Positions 23,530 through 37,736 of a DNA stretch of 64,000 bases are shown here, in pieces (positions within the stretch are counted from its first letter, which is position 1; every line of letters begins with the position of its first letter). The notes under the pieces were generated by a model, which saw nothing but the letters and a program-made list of their open reading frames with translations, searched no databases and was not told the origin of the DNA. This stretch comes from Balamuthia mandrillaris (lineage: Eukaryota): positions 124,001-188,000 of the forward strand of contig JAVKOQ020000079.1 in assembly GCA_031835245.2 (NCBI GenBank). Reading direction: 5' to 3'. Made by a program: the position numbers and the translations under genes.

Positions 23530-26500
23530 AAGAGAAAGAAACAATGAGAAGAAAAATGCGAACAACGAACCCGAAGTGAACAACGTTGACAAAACACATG
23601 AGCATTGTATCACAAATAGGAACTTCGGAATCATCATCGCCCAAGGTGAACTCATCGCGGAAGAACAAGAAACCGACGATGGAGTAGATGTACACCACTA
23701 CCACTCCCAGCACAGCCTTTAGTTTGTATTTTACGTTAGTAGAAAGAAGACAAAGGAGATAAAGAGAATAAAAACAAACCGTAAGAATAATGGACTTGCC
23801 ATTCAAAGTGACCGACTTCAATACATACTTGAGCAGCTTGCTCCTTGCTATCACGTCCAACAAATGAAAGGCAAAGAAGAAGCGGGAGACAACCACTCCC
23901 AAAATGGCCAACAACAAATACAACGACCTAAAGAACATGGCCTTGTCCCCTAGAAGAAAGTAAAGCGTCAGAAAGACGCTGCGAAGGAGCTGCCCAAAGT
24001 CCTCTTCCATCTGTTGGAACCACGGCCAACGGGAGAGAGTGCGTTCGTAGAGGAGAGGAGCCAGCCTTCTCCATGCTCCTCGCCATAACACCGTCAGCCC
24101 TCTTTTCTTCTCGAGATGTTTCGGCTCTGTTCCTCTTCCTGCTCTTCCATCCCTTTCCTTGTCTCTGTCTCGCTCTCTTCTTCTAAGCATTTGCTGTTGT
24201 TGCGTGGAAGTAGAAGAGGATACCATGTTGATGGCTTCTTGCTCTTCCAGGTATTTCTTCCATCCTTTGTAGATGCTGAGAAGGCCGTGATGCTGAAACA
24301 ATGCCAACAAACAAAGCGCAGAACACCCGATATGAGCTAACCCCATCCAAACCAACAAAAAGCTTATCAACCCGCTATAAGTCGTAGTTTGTGTTGCTAT
24401 AGATGCTGTCGCTGTGGAATGGATGATGTGTTGGTGATGATGTTCATGCTGGTGTTCTGGTTCAGTTGCAACGACGTAATTGTAGAGTAAAAGAGCGTTG
24501 ATGAGGAAAGCGAGCAGGAAGGAGACGTCTTTGAGGAGGTTCTCCCAACGAGCAAAGAAGCCAGCCAAAGGGATCTTGGAGAGGTGGTCTCGGTGCTCCA
24601 TTTCCTGCATGAGGAAGTCGCTCTGCTCGAAGAACTCCTCGATCTTGCTGCTGTGGTTGTCCCGTTTGACGTTCCACATGAGCTCCTCCTGAGTGTCGCT
24701 GCTGAGAGCGTTGCAGATGTTTGGCTTTTGGAAGTAGACTCGCTCCAAGTGGTTCTCGCGAACGATCTCGATGCTGCGTGTGCCTTTGCTCAGTTGGTTT
24801 AGGCCTACCAAGTCTGATATCAACTCTGGCAGCTATAATGGTTTTGTTTTTGTTAATGTTTGCAGTTATAGTGCAGCGCAAAAAAGAAATGAGGAAGTAG
24901 AAGAGAGGAGGTTTACCCTTTTAACGTTAGTCTTATCGTAGTCAGCCAAAGTGCAAAGCACAAAAAAGTACAGAAAAGCTCTTTGCAACTTTTCTTCCTC
25001 GTCCTCCTCTGCTTCTTCCTGTTCCTCCGATGACCTATTTGGTTCATTTTCTCCTTCTTCTCCTCTTTCTCTTCTTCGCTCGTCTCCAGCTGATTCATGA
25101 AACAGTTCTTCATGAAGCAGTTCCTCTTCTTCCTCATAAACACTCAACACCCCTCCATGGCGGGTGTATTTGATAAGCAAAGCTTTGTAGGCGAGCACGC
25201 ATTCTTGCATAGAGTCAAGCCATCCACTATAACTCTTCAACGTTCTCATTACTCTTTCTCCCAAAAAGTTCAGCTGCTCTTTCCACCATTCCTGCTTTTG
25301 GTGTTGTTCTACTTCTGTTTCTCCCACCTCTTTTGTATAGCTTTCTTCCTTCTCCTGTTTTATCTCTTCTTTACCGTCTACTTTTTGTTCTAATGTTGAT
25401 GTTGTTGCGGTTGGGCCTTCGGATAAACTTCTTCCACGTGTGCTTGTTGCCATTGATGATGAAGATGCCGTCGAGATGCTTCGTGGTGGTAAAGAGCTAT
25501 AGCTGCGCTTACGATCCAAAGGACGAGTGCACGTGTCTCTTGTGAACGTGGTTTCAGCGGGTTCTTGGAGTTCTGGTTCTAGTTCAGCATCTTGTGCTTC
25601 GTAGTCATCTTCATCTACATCTTTCGTTTCTGGTTGTTTGAGTTCTTCTAAAAATATATTATCCAGATTCCGTTTCTGTTGTTGCGCAAGAAAAAGCATG
25701 CACGAAAAGACATCAAAACAAGAAGAAGCAGCAAGAAAGAAAACAGAAAAGGAAGGCGAGCGAAAGAAAGAGAGAGAGAACGAGTAAAATAAAACAAATC
25801 CAAACAAACCATCGTCTTGAAGTTGAGCGTAAGCAACATTTGTCTGGGTATATAGGCCGTGTGCACGCCCTCTAACAAGCTCAACAACGTGATCAGACAT
25901 TCCGTGTGCAACTGCGCCACGTCCTGCCTCCTACACAGCGGATACTTGTTCGAGAGTATCCAGTTTACGCTCTCACAGAGCTTGGTCCTTATCAGGGCCT
26001 TCTGGTTGCCCTCGCAAGGACCCTGACAGTACTCCGTCAACGTCCTGAAGACCTGAATGGCGATGTCGATGTTGGTGGCGTCGATCTCTCTCTCCAAGTC
26101 TTCCAGGTAGGAAGCGGTGGCACAGACGAGATCGTGGCTGTCCTCGCTGTCGGTTTGGTGGCGGAGATAGTCCTGAAGCTTTTTGTTGTGGCCCTCGCAA
26201 AGGAGCTGCAGGAAGCGAAGCACCTCCCACATGAAACCGCATTCAGAAAAGTGACCATCTTCGCTTGATTTTAAGTATGATAATAGCTCCCAGTTTATAT
26301 GACTACCATGGTATAAGTTGTGAATAAGAAGTTGGAACAAATAAAGAAACGATAGGAAAGAAACTAACTTGTTGTCAGCATCAAGGATGGCAGCTTCAGG
26401 GTCAGAAATGGAGGAACGCATGGCGCGTTTCTTTTCGAGCAAGCTCTGGTAAAAGTTTTGCTTTTCTTTGATCTCGCTGACGCCTGTTCTAGAAATACGT

Positions 26501-27038
26501 GTCTTTAACTGCAAAAAGAAGCCCTCATCCGCTTTTTTCTTTGTGAATGTGTCATAAATTGTGTTCTTTATTTTTTGGTTTATGCGTTGGTCAGTATTGA
26601 AATATAACAAAAGAGAATGAGAAATAGAGAAAGCGAAAGAGAAAGAATGAGAATAGAGAGAAGAGAAAACAGTGAAAAGAGAAGAGAAAAGGGGGAAGAA
26701 TAACAGGAGATACTACCTGAACATTCTTATTACCACCGTGCAACAAAGCAATGCCAACTTTGAGAGCTTCTAGCACGATCTGGTCGGTGGTGCTTTTGCT
26801 GATAAGGTGAAGGATCAAACCGGTGGCTCCCAATGCATTTAGCCTATTTTGCATCTGCACAAACTCTCGTTTGGTTTTGCCTTTGCTGTCCAGCAGAATG
26901 CCGAAGCTGTGCAGTGTTACACTAATTAGCTGCTGATATACATTACCGTCCAGAGTGCTTTTCGTTTGTTTGTTATTTTGCATAACGGTTAGCGAAAAAA
27001 TAAAATAAAATAAAATAAAATAAAGAACAAAGAAAAAG

Positions 27039-27075
<37 letters not shown>

Positions 27076-27523
27076 AACTAAGGAAACAAACGTACTATAA
27101 CAACTGAATGAGTTGTGGCACAAACGGCGTCTTCTTCATGATTTGAATGCGAAGGATCTTGGCAAAGTCTTTCAGCTCCTCCTCCGCGCTAAAGTGCTTT
27201 CTAAAGTAGGATGCAAACTTTTGGAGGCCTTGCACTACTTGCAAGTCTCGAGAGATGACAAGGCCACCTCCATTATTTCCATCAACACTCCTAGATGCAG
27301 TTGAAATGAAACTTCCTAGCGAAGAAAAAGAGGCAGAAGGAGAAGAGGAAGAAGTAAAAGAAAAGGAAGATGAAGACGAGTGACGAGAACGAGGAGACAT
27401 TCTGATGGAACCAGAAATGGAGTGGTCGCCTTGGTGTAAAGTTCTTGTGACTTCTTCTCCCTCTTTGCAGTCTAAGTACTTCTCCATCTGCCATAAATAG
27501 AAGCAATATTAAATGAAAACAGC

Positions 27524-27565
<42 letters not shown>

Positions 27566-30500
27566 TGCATACAGCATTCGAGATCGAATGAGTGCCCGTG
27601 ACGCCAATTTTGGAGATGGCTTGGATGGCATGTGCCATAGCGACGTGTTGCTGGTAGAAAATTTCTTCATGGTCGAGGTTGCATAGGTTCACCAACGCAT
27701 CTAACAGCGAAGCTGAAACTTTCTTATGCATGCTACAGTTCAAAGAACGAGCCGAAGCAGAAAAAGTGAGAAAGAATAAGATAGGATTTTTGAGAAGAAC
27801 AAAAGGAGACGTACGGAGAGGCCAGGTGCTTGACGGCATTAAAGTAATGAGAATAGAATGCAGTGAGGAAGGGCACAACGCTTTCAAAGACGTAGTTGAT
27901 CCTCTCCGCTTTTTCCTGCTCCATCTCTTCCTTCTTCTGCTTTTCCTTCAGCTCTTGCTCTTGTTGTTTCTGCTTCTCTTTGAGCAGATGCAAGGCATCC
28001 ACTTTTTGTTGGGTCCGAACTGAAGTCGCTGGTGTTGACAAGGGGCTCAAGCGTACTTGTTGTTTAATTTGCTCTTTCGTCTTGGCTTCTTTTTCTTCTT
28101 CTTCATCCGTATCTTCTCCGAAAGAGTCTTCTGAGCTTTCTTCCTCTTCTTCAGTGCTTGAAGAAAGACTGCTATCATCATCGTCGTCGCTTTCTTTATC
28201 TTTATCTTTATCTTTCTTCTGTGTTTGTTTCTCTTCTTCTGATTTCGAGGAAGAAGAAGAAGAAAGCAAAAGGTATAGCAGCTCAATCTCTCCTCTAAAG
28301 TGATCATCCAGCGCATCCCAAACGGCATCATCCAGCTCTGCTCCAACACTTCTTTCCGTCAAGAAGTAAACCTCCTCCAAGAACTTGAGCCATGCCGTTT
28401 TGACGCCACGAAGGTTCAGCGGATCGTTCAGCTGGGAGGCGATTTGTTCCAACGAGCAAAGGTCTTGGCACTTCACTTCTGTCATGTAGATCTTGCCAAC
28501 GCAACAATTGGCAAGCAGTTCCACTTGTTTCATGTGAAACATTAAACGGCTTTTAGATTTACCTAAGTCAGTTTCTTTTAAGTGTTCTCGTTTCCTGATG
28601 AGCTCTTTCCTGCAACGCAAAACACAAACGAAAAATGAGTGAATGAAAGAAGGAGGAGGAGGAGGAGGAGGAGAAGAAGAAGAACAAGAAGAACAAGAAG
28701 AACAAGAACAAGAACAACAACAAGAAGCAAGAAAAGAAGAGAAGCGTAAACCTTTCTTGAGCTCCTTCTGGATCGGTGAAGAGAAGCAGTGTTTCATCGG
28801 GCTTTTCCAAAAGCAGCTTGAGAATAAGCGCTTGGTTGCGTTTAAGATAAGGCCTTCCATTCGCTGTTATCAACGTCTATTGTATCCACAAAAATAATGT
28901 ATCAGAAGAAGAAAGAGAAAGCAGAGGAAGAAGAAGAAGAAGAAGAAGAAGAAGAACAACAACAACAACAAGAAGAAGAAGAAGAAAAAGAAGAAGAAGA
29001 AGAAGAAGAAGAAGAACAAGAACAAGACCAGCAGAAGAAGAACAAGAACAAGAAGAATACAACAACCAATAACAACAAGAAAGAAACGTACATCAAGAAT
29101 TTGAACAAAGGAATAATACAAAGAACCGTCAGCGATAGCATTCACAATGCCACGAACTTGGTTTTCGGATACTTGAGAGCATAAAGGCCTATTGTTGCGG
29201 AATATCTCTGTGATGAGCTCGGCCGCTTCCATAGCTAAACAACCATCGTCCGCTCCTTGTCCCAATAGGAACAGGAACAAATCCAAATACTTGAACAGAA
29301 TGGCTTGATTCTCTGCGTTGTCTTTACAAAACTGGGTTTCAAGTAAGTCTTTTATAGGGAGAGAAAAGGAAAGAGACGTGCGAAGAGATAACGAAAAAGA
29401 GAAGAGAAAAGAGCACACTATATAAAGAAGAGAGAACGAACCATGGTTAAAAACTGGAGCGCGCTGCTATGAAGCAACTCGGAACGTTGCGGAGCTGCTG
29501 TCAACGAACTCATGGAAGGAGTCTTCTGGAAGAGGCGTGTATTGAGGAGAGAGATAGTGGCGCTGCTCTGTGCGAGTCTTCGCGAGAGTGACTGGATGCG
29601 GAGACCGTTGCCATGTTTGAACGGAAGAGACAGAACTTCGATGGCAACCATATGAGCATCCAAGTTTTTCATTATTCTTTGGTTCTGATAATGCATGTAG
29701 TTATCTACCCAGTTTCATTGTTGGAAATAGTTAAAAACTACAGAAAAAGAAAAAGAAAAGAAAAAAGAACAAAGAGAGGAGGGCACAAGAGTAATAAAAC
29801 AAAAAAGAAAAGGAACAGAATCATACATTTTTGACTGCCGCAATGCTCCATGAACGTTTTGAAAATCTCACACGTGCGGTGCACAGCGGTGTCGTTCCTG
29901 ATGGCATCTGATTCTTTGCGCGGTTGGAAAAGCTTTGTTAAGCCGTCTTGCTGCAAACTGTTATCCCCGTTAGTTCCGTCTGTCAAGTCCAGCAACTCGC
30001 GGATCTCCTCAATTTGGGCTTGTACGGCTTGGTACATGTTTACGCTTTTAGGCGTTACCAATATCTGAACTTTGTCCAAAGCTTCTTGCAGTCGTGCTAT
30101 TTGACTGTAACAGCAGAATACATATTAGTTTTAAAAGAAGGAAGAAGAAAGAAGAGAGAAGAAAGAAGAAAGAAGAAATGAATGAGCATGTAATCTAACC
30201 TAAAGTGAGAGATAAGCAGATGTGCAGCTTGCGTTTTTAAAGAAGGATAATCGCAAAGCACCAAATCCAACAAGATGTCAACCATGCTGTCGGTGCCAGT
30301 AATGCTCACCACAGAGAACTCATCGCAACACGCTTTGAGCGATTGCAACAAACGATGATGCGTGGAAGCGAGAACGTTTGGATTCCATCCCACCAACTTG
30401 TTTTTCTTCTCGACTTGCGTCTTGAAGACCTCCAACAAAAGGGTTAAACGATGGTCCCTTCGGAGTTCGTGGAACTGTTGAAGGATGAGGCCAATGTTGA

Positions 30501-33181
30501 GCTTCGCTTTCATGATCCAAATGGTCATTGCCGTTTGCTCATAACGTGGGTGATTCTCGTCTTTGTAAAGAATATGTGGATCATGAAAGGGGAGGAGTGG
30601 AAGAAGAGATGCCAATAAAACCAAACAGAGAAGACAGCATAAGAGAAGAACAAAAGAGAAACGTGAGAAAAAAGGATAGAGAAACAACAGAGAAAGAATT
30701 GTACCATCAATATCAGTCCGGGTGTCTAATAGTTCGAGCAGAGGCGGCAGCAAAGCAGGAAGTCTGGTCGGCTGCAAACAAAAGCCAAAGGTTATCATCT
30801 GTCGCAGCAGAGTCAATACTGCCAAAGTGAACTTGTTCTTGTACTTGTTCGTGACAATTTGAACTTTCTCGTTGACCACATAGTCCCAAATAAATTTCCA
30901 GAGTTCTTGTAAGGATTCGTTTTCTTGCAATAAGTCCATTTCGTTGATGCTTGTGGTTGCAGAGGTTTTCCCTTGTTGTTCATGTTCGTGTTCGTTGCTT
31001 TGTCGAAGAGGAGATGGCCACCCAGAATTGCTGCCACCACGCATAAGACGACTGCGACTGCTTGCCCTCAGTACAAGTTTTGGACGTTGTCTCAAGTCTG
31101 TCCATATCTTTTGGAAAAAAATAAATAAGATTCAGCAAAAAACAAGAAAGCAAATGAGAGAGAGAGAGAGAGAATGTGTACTCGAGTGTAGTGCATGAGG
31201 GTGATAGGTCGGAAGGGATCAACGTTGATGTAAAGGTTGTCCATCAATCTACAAAAGGAGGCTCTAAGCTTTTCTCCAGCACCTTCCGGCAGATGTGGGT
31301 TCTTTATGCAATGAAGAACAAGTTCGTAAGTCATCACATTCCTGAGATAGTTTATGGCCGTTATGTTGCGTCCCTTATAGTGGTGACAAGTCAGTAAAGA
31401 AAAGAAGAACAATAACGAAATTGAAAAGAAAGACATACCAAACACAGGTTCGAAAAGAGCTTTATGGTGCCAATGTAAAACGCACGTTGCTCATCATCAG
31501 CATCACGAATGAAATCGACAAGTCGATGCTTCGTTCCATCCAGTAATTCAACCACACAATACTGTTCTCCATCTTTTTGCACAAACTGCAAACCAAATGT
31601 TTTCAAAAAATGAGAAACAACAGCAAAGAAACCAAAGGAGAAAGGAGCCGAAATGAAAGGACAACAGAGAAAAGAATGAGGGAGAGACCTCAGTTGTGAT
31701 CAACGTGTCAGCCCAATTCAACTTGTGCTCCAACAATTTCTCACAAATGAAACGTTGATTCTTTTCAAGTCCTTCGTGATTGCAACGACAAAGAATGGAC
31801 AAGAACTTTATGTAACTGTTAGAACACAAAACATAGAAAGGCGGATTAGCAGACATGATGCAGCAACAAAATAGAAAAAGAACACACACACAAAAAGGAA
31901 GTAGTATACTTTGATTTTTGGGAAGTAGAAGGATTCTTGAGTCGCATTATGAAAAAGTAAATCTGTTCTTCACTTATATTCTCGAGCAATACTCTGTTAT
32001 TCTTGAACAGTTCCATCAATGTATCTGTTGCTTGCGGAAAGTTTATCTGCATGAAATATAAGTTTTTTGAAAACCAAATGAAGTAGTAGAAAATGAGGAG
32101 AGCAGAGAGCAAAGAGAAGCAGAAAAGCAGAAAAGCAGAGAATCAGAGAGAAGAAACAAACGGTCTTTTGAAAGAACTCGACGTATTTAGAAAGAGCTGA
32201 TCGGTTGCGGCGATTCTTCTTCATAACCTGTTTGAGAAGTTTGAAGGAATGCGCAATGATAGTGAAAGCAGTGTAATGCTCCGGTTTGTTAATGTCTGCA
32301 AGACAAAGGCCGACGTTGCCCATGCCAGCGCTAAGCTTCAACCTTCCTTTGCCCCCTTTGTTGTTGGTCTTCTTCCACCGAATCATTTGTTGCAGTAGAT
32401 CCATCAGCACTTTTAACAGCTTTTAAAAAGTTCAAGTTATTCGTGTATCAAAGGAAGAAGGAGAAGGAGAACGGTACGTTTTGTTCTCTAAGAAGATTTT
32501 GTCTACTAGGAATGGGAATGCCCTCTCTCTTCAAGGGATCCTTTTCATCATGGATGGTGCATGATAGGATTAAATGAGAGAGGGTATGAATCATTTGTTT
32601 GGCTGCCATCACCAACACATTTTTGGAGGTCTTCAACATGGTTTCGCGTATATTTAAAGTACCCACTTGCTTAAGCTGTTGAAGGTATGCGACCAGATAA
32701 AGTTCAGCACATGAACACATAGGAGAGAGGCAAAAGAGAAGAAAGAAACTAACTTTTGCAGTATAGTCCCTAATAACGCTGATTTGTCCGACCACTTGAA
32801 GCAAGTCCGATAATTCCTCTTTACTAACTGAAATAATGCCAAACGCGTCTTGATCGTGCAGTTGACGATGGCCAATAAGCTGATTGAAGTTATTGATTTA
32901 CTGCTTTGCTCTGATGTTGTTGAAAGTAGAAGTCAAAGAAGTAGAAAAGAAACCTTGATACGTCCAGGAGTGAGCACGTGCTCAACGCTTGGCTTCCTTG
33001 TGACAGGCTTCTTGTTTTGTTGGTGCTCTCCTTCATCTTTCTCGAAACAAGCGTGCAGGAAGCATTGGGTGTCATGATGCTTCAATCTTATGTAAGCATC
33101 TTTTTCCACCCGGTTGTTTTTGCTCTATTTTTAAAGAAACAACAATAAAAAACGAGCAAAGAGAAAGAGAGGGGAGGGAGG

Positions 33182-33235
<54 letters not shown>

Positions 33236-34370
33236 AGGGGGGGGGAGGGAGGTACAAGTTGAACGGATGAAAGATGATGAATCGAAAATAAGGTGCTGCT
33301 GTTCCGGAAGTTTTCATCCATGACGAGCCTACACTCCAAAGTTACCTCCTCTTCTTTTTCTTCATCTCCCTGTCCGTCCTCGTCGTCACCTGCAAAAGTG
33401 AAATAATTCTTCTTGTTTCCTTCATCATCGTCCTCGTCTACAATCAGTTCCTTCATATTCTCATCCGTCAATCGAAAACGTATGCTCGGTGGAGATGAGA
33501 TTGGAGAAGCATTTTTTCCAAAGCTCTTCTGCTTCTTCGATTCTTTGTTGTCGTTCTTCTTCTTGACAGGGACAGCGGAGAGGTAATGACCAGTCGCCAT
33601 ATGCTTGAAACGATAGAGGCGATCGTAGCAAACGGCACCTCCTCTGCTTGTTCTCTTCAGCTCTACCATCCAAAGAGCATTCGAGTTCAACAACTCTTGA
33701 TGTTGTTGAGGTTGTGTTTTCATGTTGGTAAGATTACGTCCTCCCGCTCCACTTTTGAGGGCTTCTGCTGCAACGATTTGTTGAAGGTAAATCTTGCCTC
33801 CTGTGCCGGATGTTCTTGTTACTCTGTCATCATCATCTTCGTCGTCTACAGTCTCAAAGATGAGATAACCTTCTGCTTCTTTGTGAAACAGCCGTATCAC
33901 ATCTCCAGCCATAAGTATGTCTTTCTCAACAGTCCCAGAAGAAGGAGAAGACAACGAAGAAGAAAGTGAAGAATATGGAGAAGACGACGAAGAAGACAAA
34001 CAAGAAGCAAAAGGAAGCACTCGCCAACTCTCGAGCACAGTGGCAGCATTGACTTCCTTGTAACGAAACAAAGAAGAGGAGGATTCCCAATGGTCGTTGG
34101 TTAACTTCTCTCTGCTGCTATGAAGATAAAGATCATGCTCTTTGCTAACGAGCAGAACTTGATCCCCGATCTGCACCATCTCTCCCTCTGAACGTATCTT
34201 GAAGCGAGGAAGAATGGTAAAGTAGGATCCTTCGTTGCCAGTCTGGTCAAGACCTACTCGTAGGCAGTGCTTCTCGATATCAGCAATCTGTTTGACGGTC
34301 ACTGTAACGAACTTGTTGCTAGTTTTGTGCAAAAGCTTTGTTTTTTGTAAATTTTAGTGCATTCTGATGA

Positions 34371-34404
<34 letters not shown>

Positions 34405-35395
34405 TAAACACAGGAAAAAAGAAGTTTTAAAAAAAGAGAAACCTGAATTGTTTGTCCGTAAAAGATAGGCTGAGCGGCTGTCTGTCTGTATTCATTCATA
34501 TTTTCAGCGGCTTCATCCTCTTCGCTTTTCTTAAGTTCCATAAGCTCTATTTCGATGTCGTCCAAGTCGGACGCTTTGACATCTTCTTTTCGTTTGATGG
34601 AGGCTCGCCCGCGATTGAGGCTCTCCAACTTGGCGTTGAGTGCGTTTTGGGCGTCGTACTTGAAGCCGGGATATACTTCAAAGACACAATCTGTTTATCG
34701 TTGTATTCATTTAGTGTTTCGTTTCTATTCAAAAGAAGAAGCAGAGGAAGAAGAAGAAGAAGAAGAAGAAGAAGAAGAAGAAGAAGAAGAACAAGAAGAA
34801 GAAGAAGAAGAAGAACAAGAAGAAGAAGAAGAAGAAGAACAAGAACAAGAAGAAGAAGAAGAAGAACAAGAACAAGAAGAAGAACAAGAACAAGAACAAG
34901 AACAAGAACAAGAACAAGAACAAGAACAAGAAGCAGAAGAAGAACAAGAACATAGAGAAACAATAAGAGAATAAAGATGAAACGAAAAAGCAAACAAGAA
35001 GAGAAGAGCATATAGCAAACAAAACCGAAGAAGTAAACGAGCGAAAAAAAAAAACAAACAACAAATTACAAAAAAACACACACAACAAAAGAGGCTACAC
35101 TGAAAAAAAACAAACCCGAAAAGTGATCAGGAACAGTGTTGTCCTTATAGATAGGAGTGATGTGGCAAGCGCTGTCGGCAAAGCCGTTGGCGGACAAATA
35201 GCCGGAGGACTCTATGGAGAAGAGAGAGATGGAGTCGCCGCGCTTCAGGAACATGTCCTCCTTCGGCAGCTTGTGAAGGTCCAACACCAGGTTGGAGTGC
35301 GAGCTGTCCAGCAGCCTCTCTCCCTTCTCGTTGTCCGGGTTCTTCACGCGCTGCGCTGCGCTCAGAGAGGGCATTTTGCCTCCTCTTCTGTCCAT
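21879..35395 (-). CDS. ITPR: Inositol 1,4,5-trisphosphate receptor-like Ca2+ release channel (IplA/ITPR family), many introns
   Basis: N-terminal FLKRGDSISLF; MIR RFKHMATGHYL; RQNLLREQN; RIH-associated LRFLQLLCEGHN..LQDYLRHQ and TLTEYCQGPCEGNQ; pore GLRGGGVGD; NIIFGIIIDTFGELR; CFIC zinc finger and HNMWSY. Confidence 0.95.
34732..34952 (-). repeat. Intronic (TTC/TTG)n microsatellite of the IP3R gene
   Basis: (GAA)n/(GAACAA)n on the + strand. Similar tracts at 1149-1255, 28925-29060 and, in reverse orientation, 36305-36410. Confidence 0.95.
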
Positions 35396-35830
35396 TGAGC
35401 TCCTCACCTCCAAAGAAGCCTAATTTTTTTTGTGGTACGCAAAAAAGAAAGGTGAACAAGTGAGAGAGGGAAAGAGATAGAGTGAAAAGAAGCACGATCG
35501 GATAGTTACAGAAGGAAAAGGTTGCCTCTCCACCGCCAGAGAGAGTAGGCTTCTCTTGTCTATTCTTTCTTTTTTTTTTGGCCGATAAATGAGTTTAATA
35601 ATAATAGATTGGAAACTTTGCCACAATGACCAACAAAATGGTACAAGATGGTCGTTTCGAACCCAAAAAACCCAAATATTCTGGCGCCAGTTGGCAAAAA
35701 AGCCAAAAAATTAAATAATTTTGATAATTATAATAATTTTTCGATGAAAAAAAAAGAAACGTAGCAAAAAAGTAGTAAAAAAGTAGCCGCAAGAGAGGAG
35801 GGAAGACGCGTCGTCAGCTAGCAACAACGA

Positions 35831-37199
35831 ATGCAAAGAGAGGACGACGATCCCATCGTGATCACCTACCATGACACGACGCTGCGGCAGTCAGAGGTGG
35901 ACAAACTGTCGGGCAGCGATTGGCTGAACGACAACCTCATCGCTTTTTGGTTCGAGTACGTTGTCATTCATGGCTTTGCTCCGTGTGTTTATGGTTTGGT
36001 GGAGTGATGAACTCTTGTCTCACCAGCCTCTCTCTCTCTCTTTCTTTCCTTCTCGTTCACCTGTTGCGTGAAGGTATCTCACTCATGACGTGTTGCGTTC
36101 GGAAGACTTCTTGTGCATTGACCCTAGCACCATGTTCATGATTTCTTTCACTGATGGTATTTTCGCGTTCTAGTTCTTCTCTCATTCTCTTCTCTTCATT
36201 GTCCTTGTTCTCGTTGCTCTTGTTCTTCTCCTACTCTTCTCCTTGCTTCACGTTCTATCTCTTCGTTGTCACCTCTCGTTATAGCTTCTCAGTACTTCTT
36301 TGCTTCGTCTTCTTCTTCTTCTCCTTCTTGTTGTTCTTGTTCTTCTTCTTCTTCTTCTTGTTCTTCTTCTTCTTCTTCTTCTTCTTCTTCTTCTTCTTCT
36401 TCTTCTTTTTCTTCTTCCCTCTCACACACATTGTGCTGTTTTCTTATCGTCAACTTTGCAGACATAAATGAACTTAGAGAGCTGCTCTCTCCGCTCAAAC
36501 TGACGGAACGGCGGATGGTCTTCATGCCGATCAACAACCACAACTCCATCGAAACTGCAGGCGGCAGTCACTGGTCGCTTCTTGTCTACAATAGAGACAG
36601 CAACCAGCTGCACTACTACGACTCGCTGCGCTCTCACAACATTGCTGCGGCCAGAAAGACGGCTCGAAAGATGGCCCCATTGTTGCTGCAGGAAGGAGAG
36701 GGCGAAGAGGAGCCTGCTTTTGTTGTCGCCTCTTCTCCACAACAAATCAACTCAAGGTTTGTCTCATATTGATCTTTGTCGATGTTGTCTGTAGTTTGCA
36801 TTTTTTATGTTTTATAGCATGCTAACCATGAATCCTCTTTCATGCTGTCCTTCATCCTTTCTTCTTGCCTGCTCCGTCGTTATTTCTGCTGCAATTGGCA
36901 GTGATTGCGGCTTGTACGTTTGTGCGCTCAGCGAATACATTGGAAAACAGTTTCAACAGAAACAACAACAGCAACAACAAAGCGGTGAGGGCGAGAGTGA
37001 GACGTCGTCGGTGACGAGATCGAACAGCAACGGCAAAACGTTGGAGCAAGAAGTAACTCCGACGAACGTCTCGGCAAAGAGAAAGCAAATGAAGGAGCTG
37101 ATCCTGCAGCTGAAGATCAAGCAAGAGGAGAAGAAGAAAGGCGGCGCGGGTGGCATATTCTCTTTGCGGAGGGGCAAACGGAAGGAACAACAAACATGA
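35831..37199 (+). CDS. SENP8: NEDD8-specific protease (SENP8/DEN1/NEDP1, peptidase C48)
   Basis: DPIVITYHDTTLRQSEV, WLNDNLIAFWFE, FMPINN..AGGSHWSLL, HYYDS and QQIN|..DCGLYV provide the His/Asp/Cys triad. Confidence 0.92.
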
Positions 37200-37736
37200 A
37201 ACACAAAACGACATCCGGACAAAAAGAGACAACAACAATCTGAAGAGAGAAGAACTTCATAACAACCACAAACAACTCTCTCGCTCACTGATCAGTGAAA
37301 AGGGTGGAGCAAAACTTTTTCAAATTTTTTTATTTGCGAGACAAAGTTTGCCCCCTGTCGATGTGCGTCTATCACTGCTGACGTAAGCAAGGAAAGGAGT
37401 TTTTCACGCTTTGAGGCTTGCCGAATTCTAGGTTTACGGCGCATCGACAGGGAACGATTTGGTCGTGTGCTTGTCCAACTTTTTTAATGCCCTCCAGAAC
37501 GAAATAATTGAAATTTTATTCTAGGATTGTTCCAAGGTAACTGTAGCGGGCAAGAATTGTCCCATTTAGCAGCTACCGCAACCGCCTCATCTGACCCCAT
37601 CCATTGCCAACCACGCAGCGTAACATTTTTTCGATTTATTTATATAATTTTCATTATTTTTATTATTTTCTTTGCGAAACAAACACAAAGCACAACAAAA
37701 CACAAAGCACAACAAAACACAAAGGAATACAACGCC

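Noticed and set aside
34452..35088. Poly-E/K/R/L/F/S ORFs here and at 1030-1373, 18586-19116, 19602-20134, 28877-29184, 37587-38397 and 44051-44551
   Set aside because: They are translations of intronic microsatellites, not genes.
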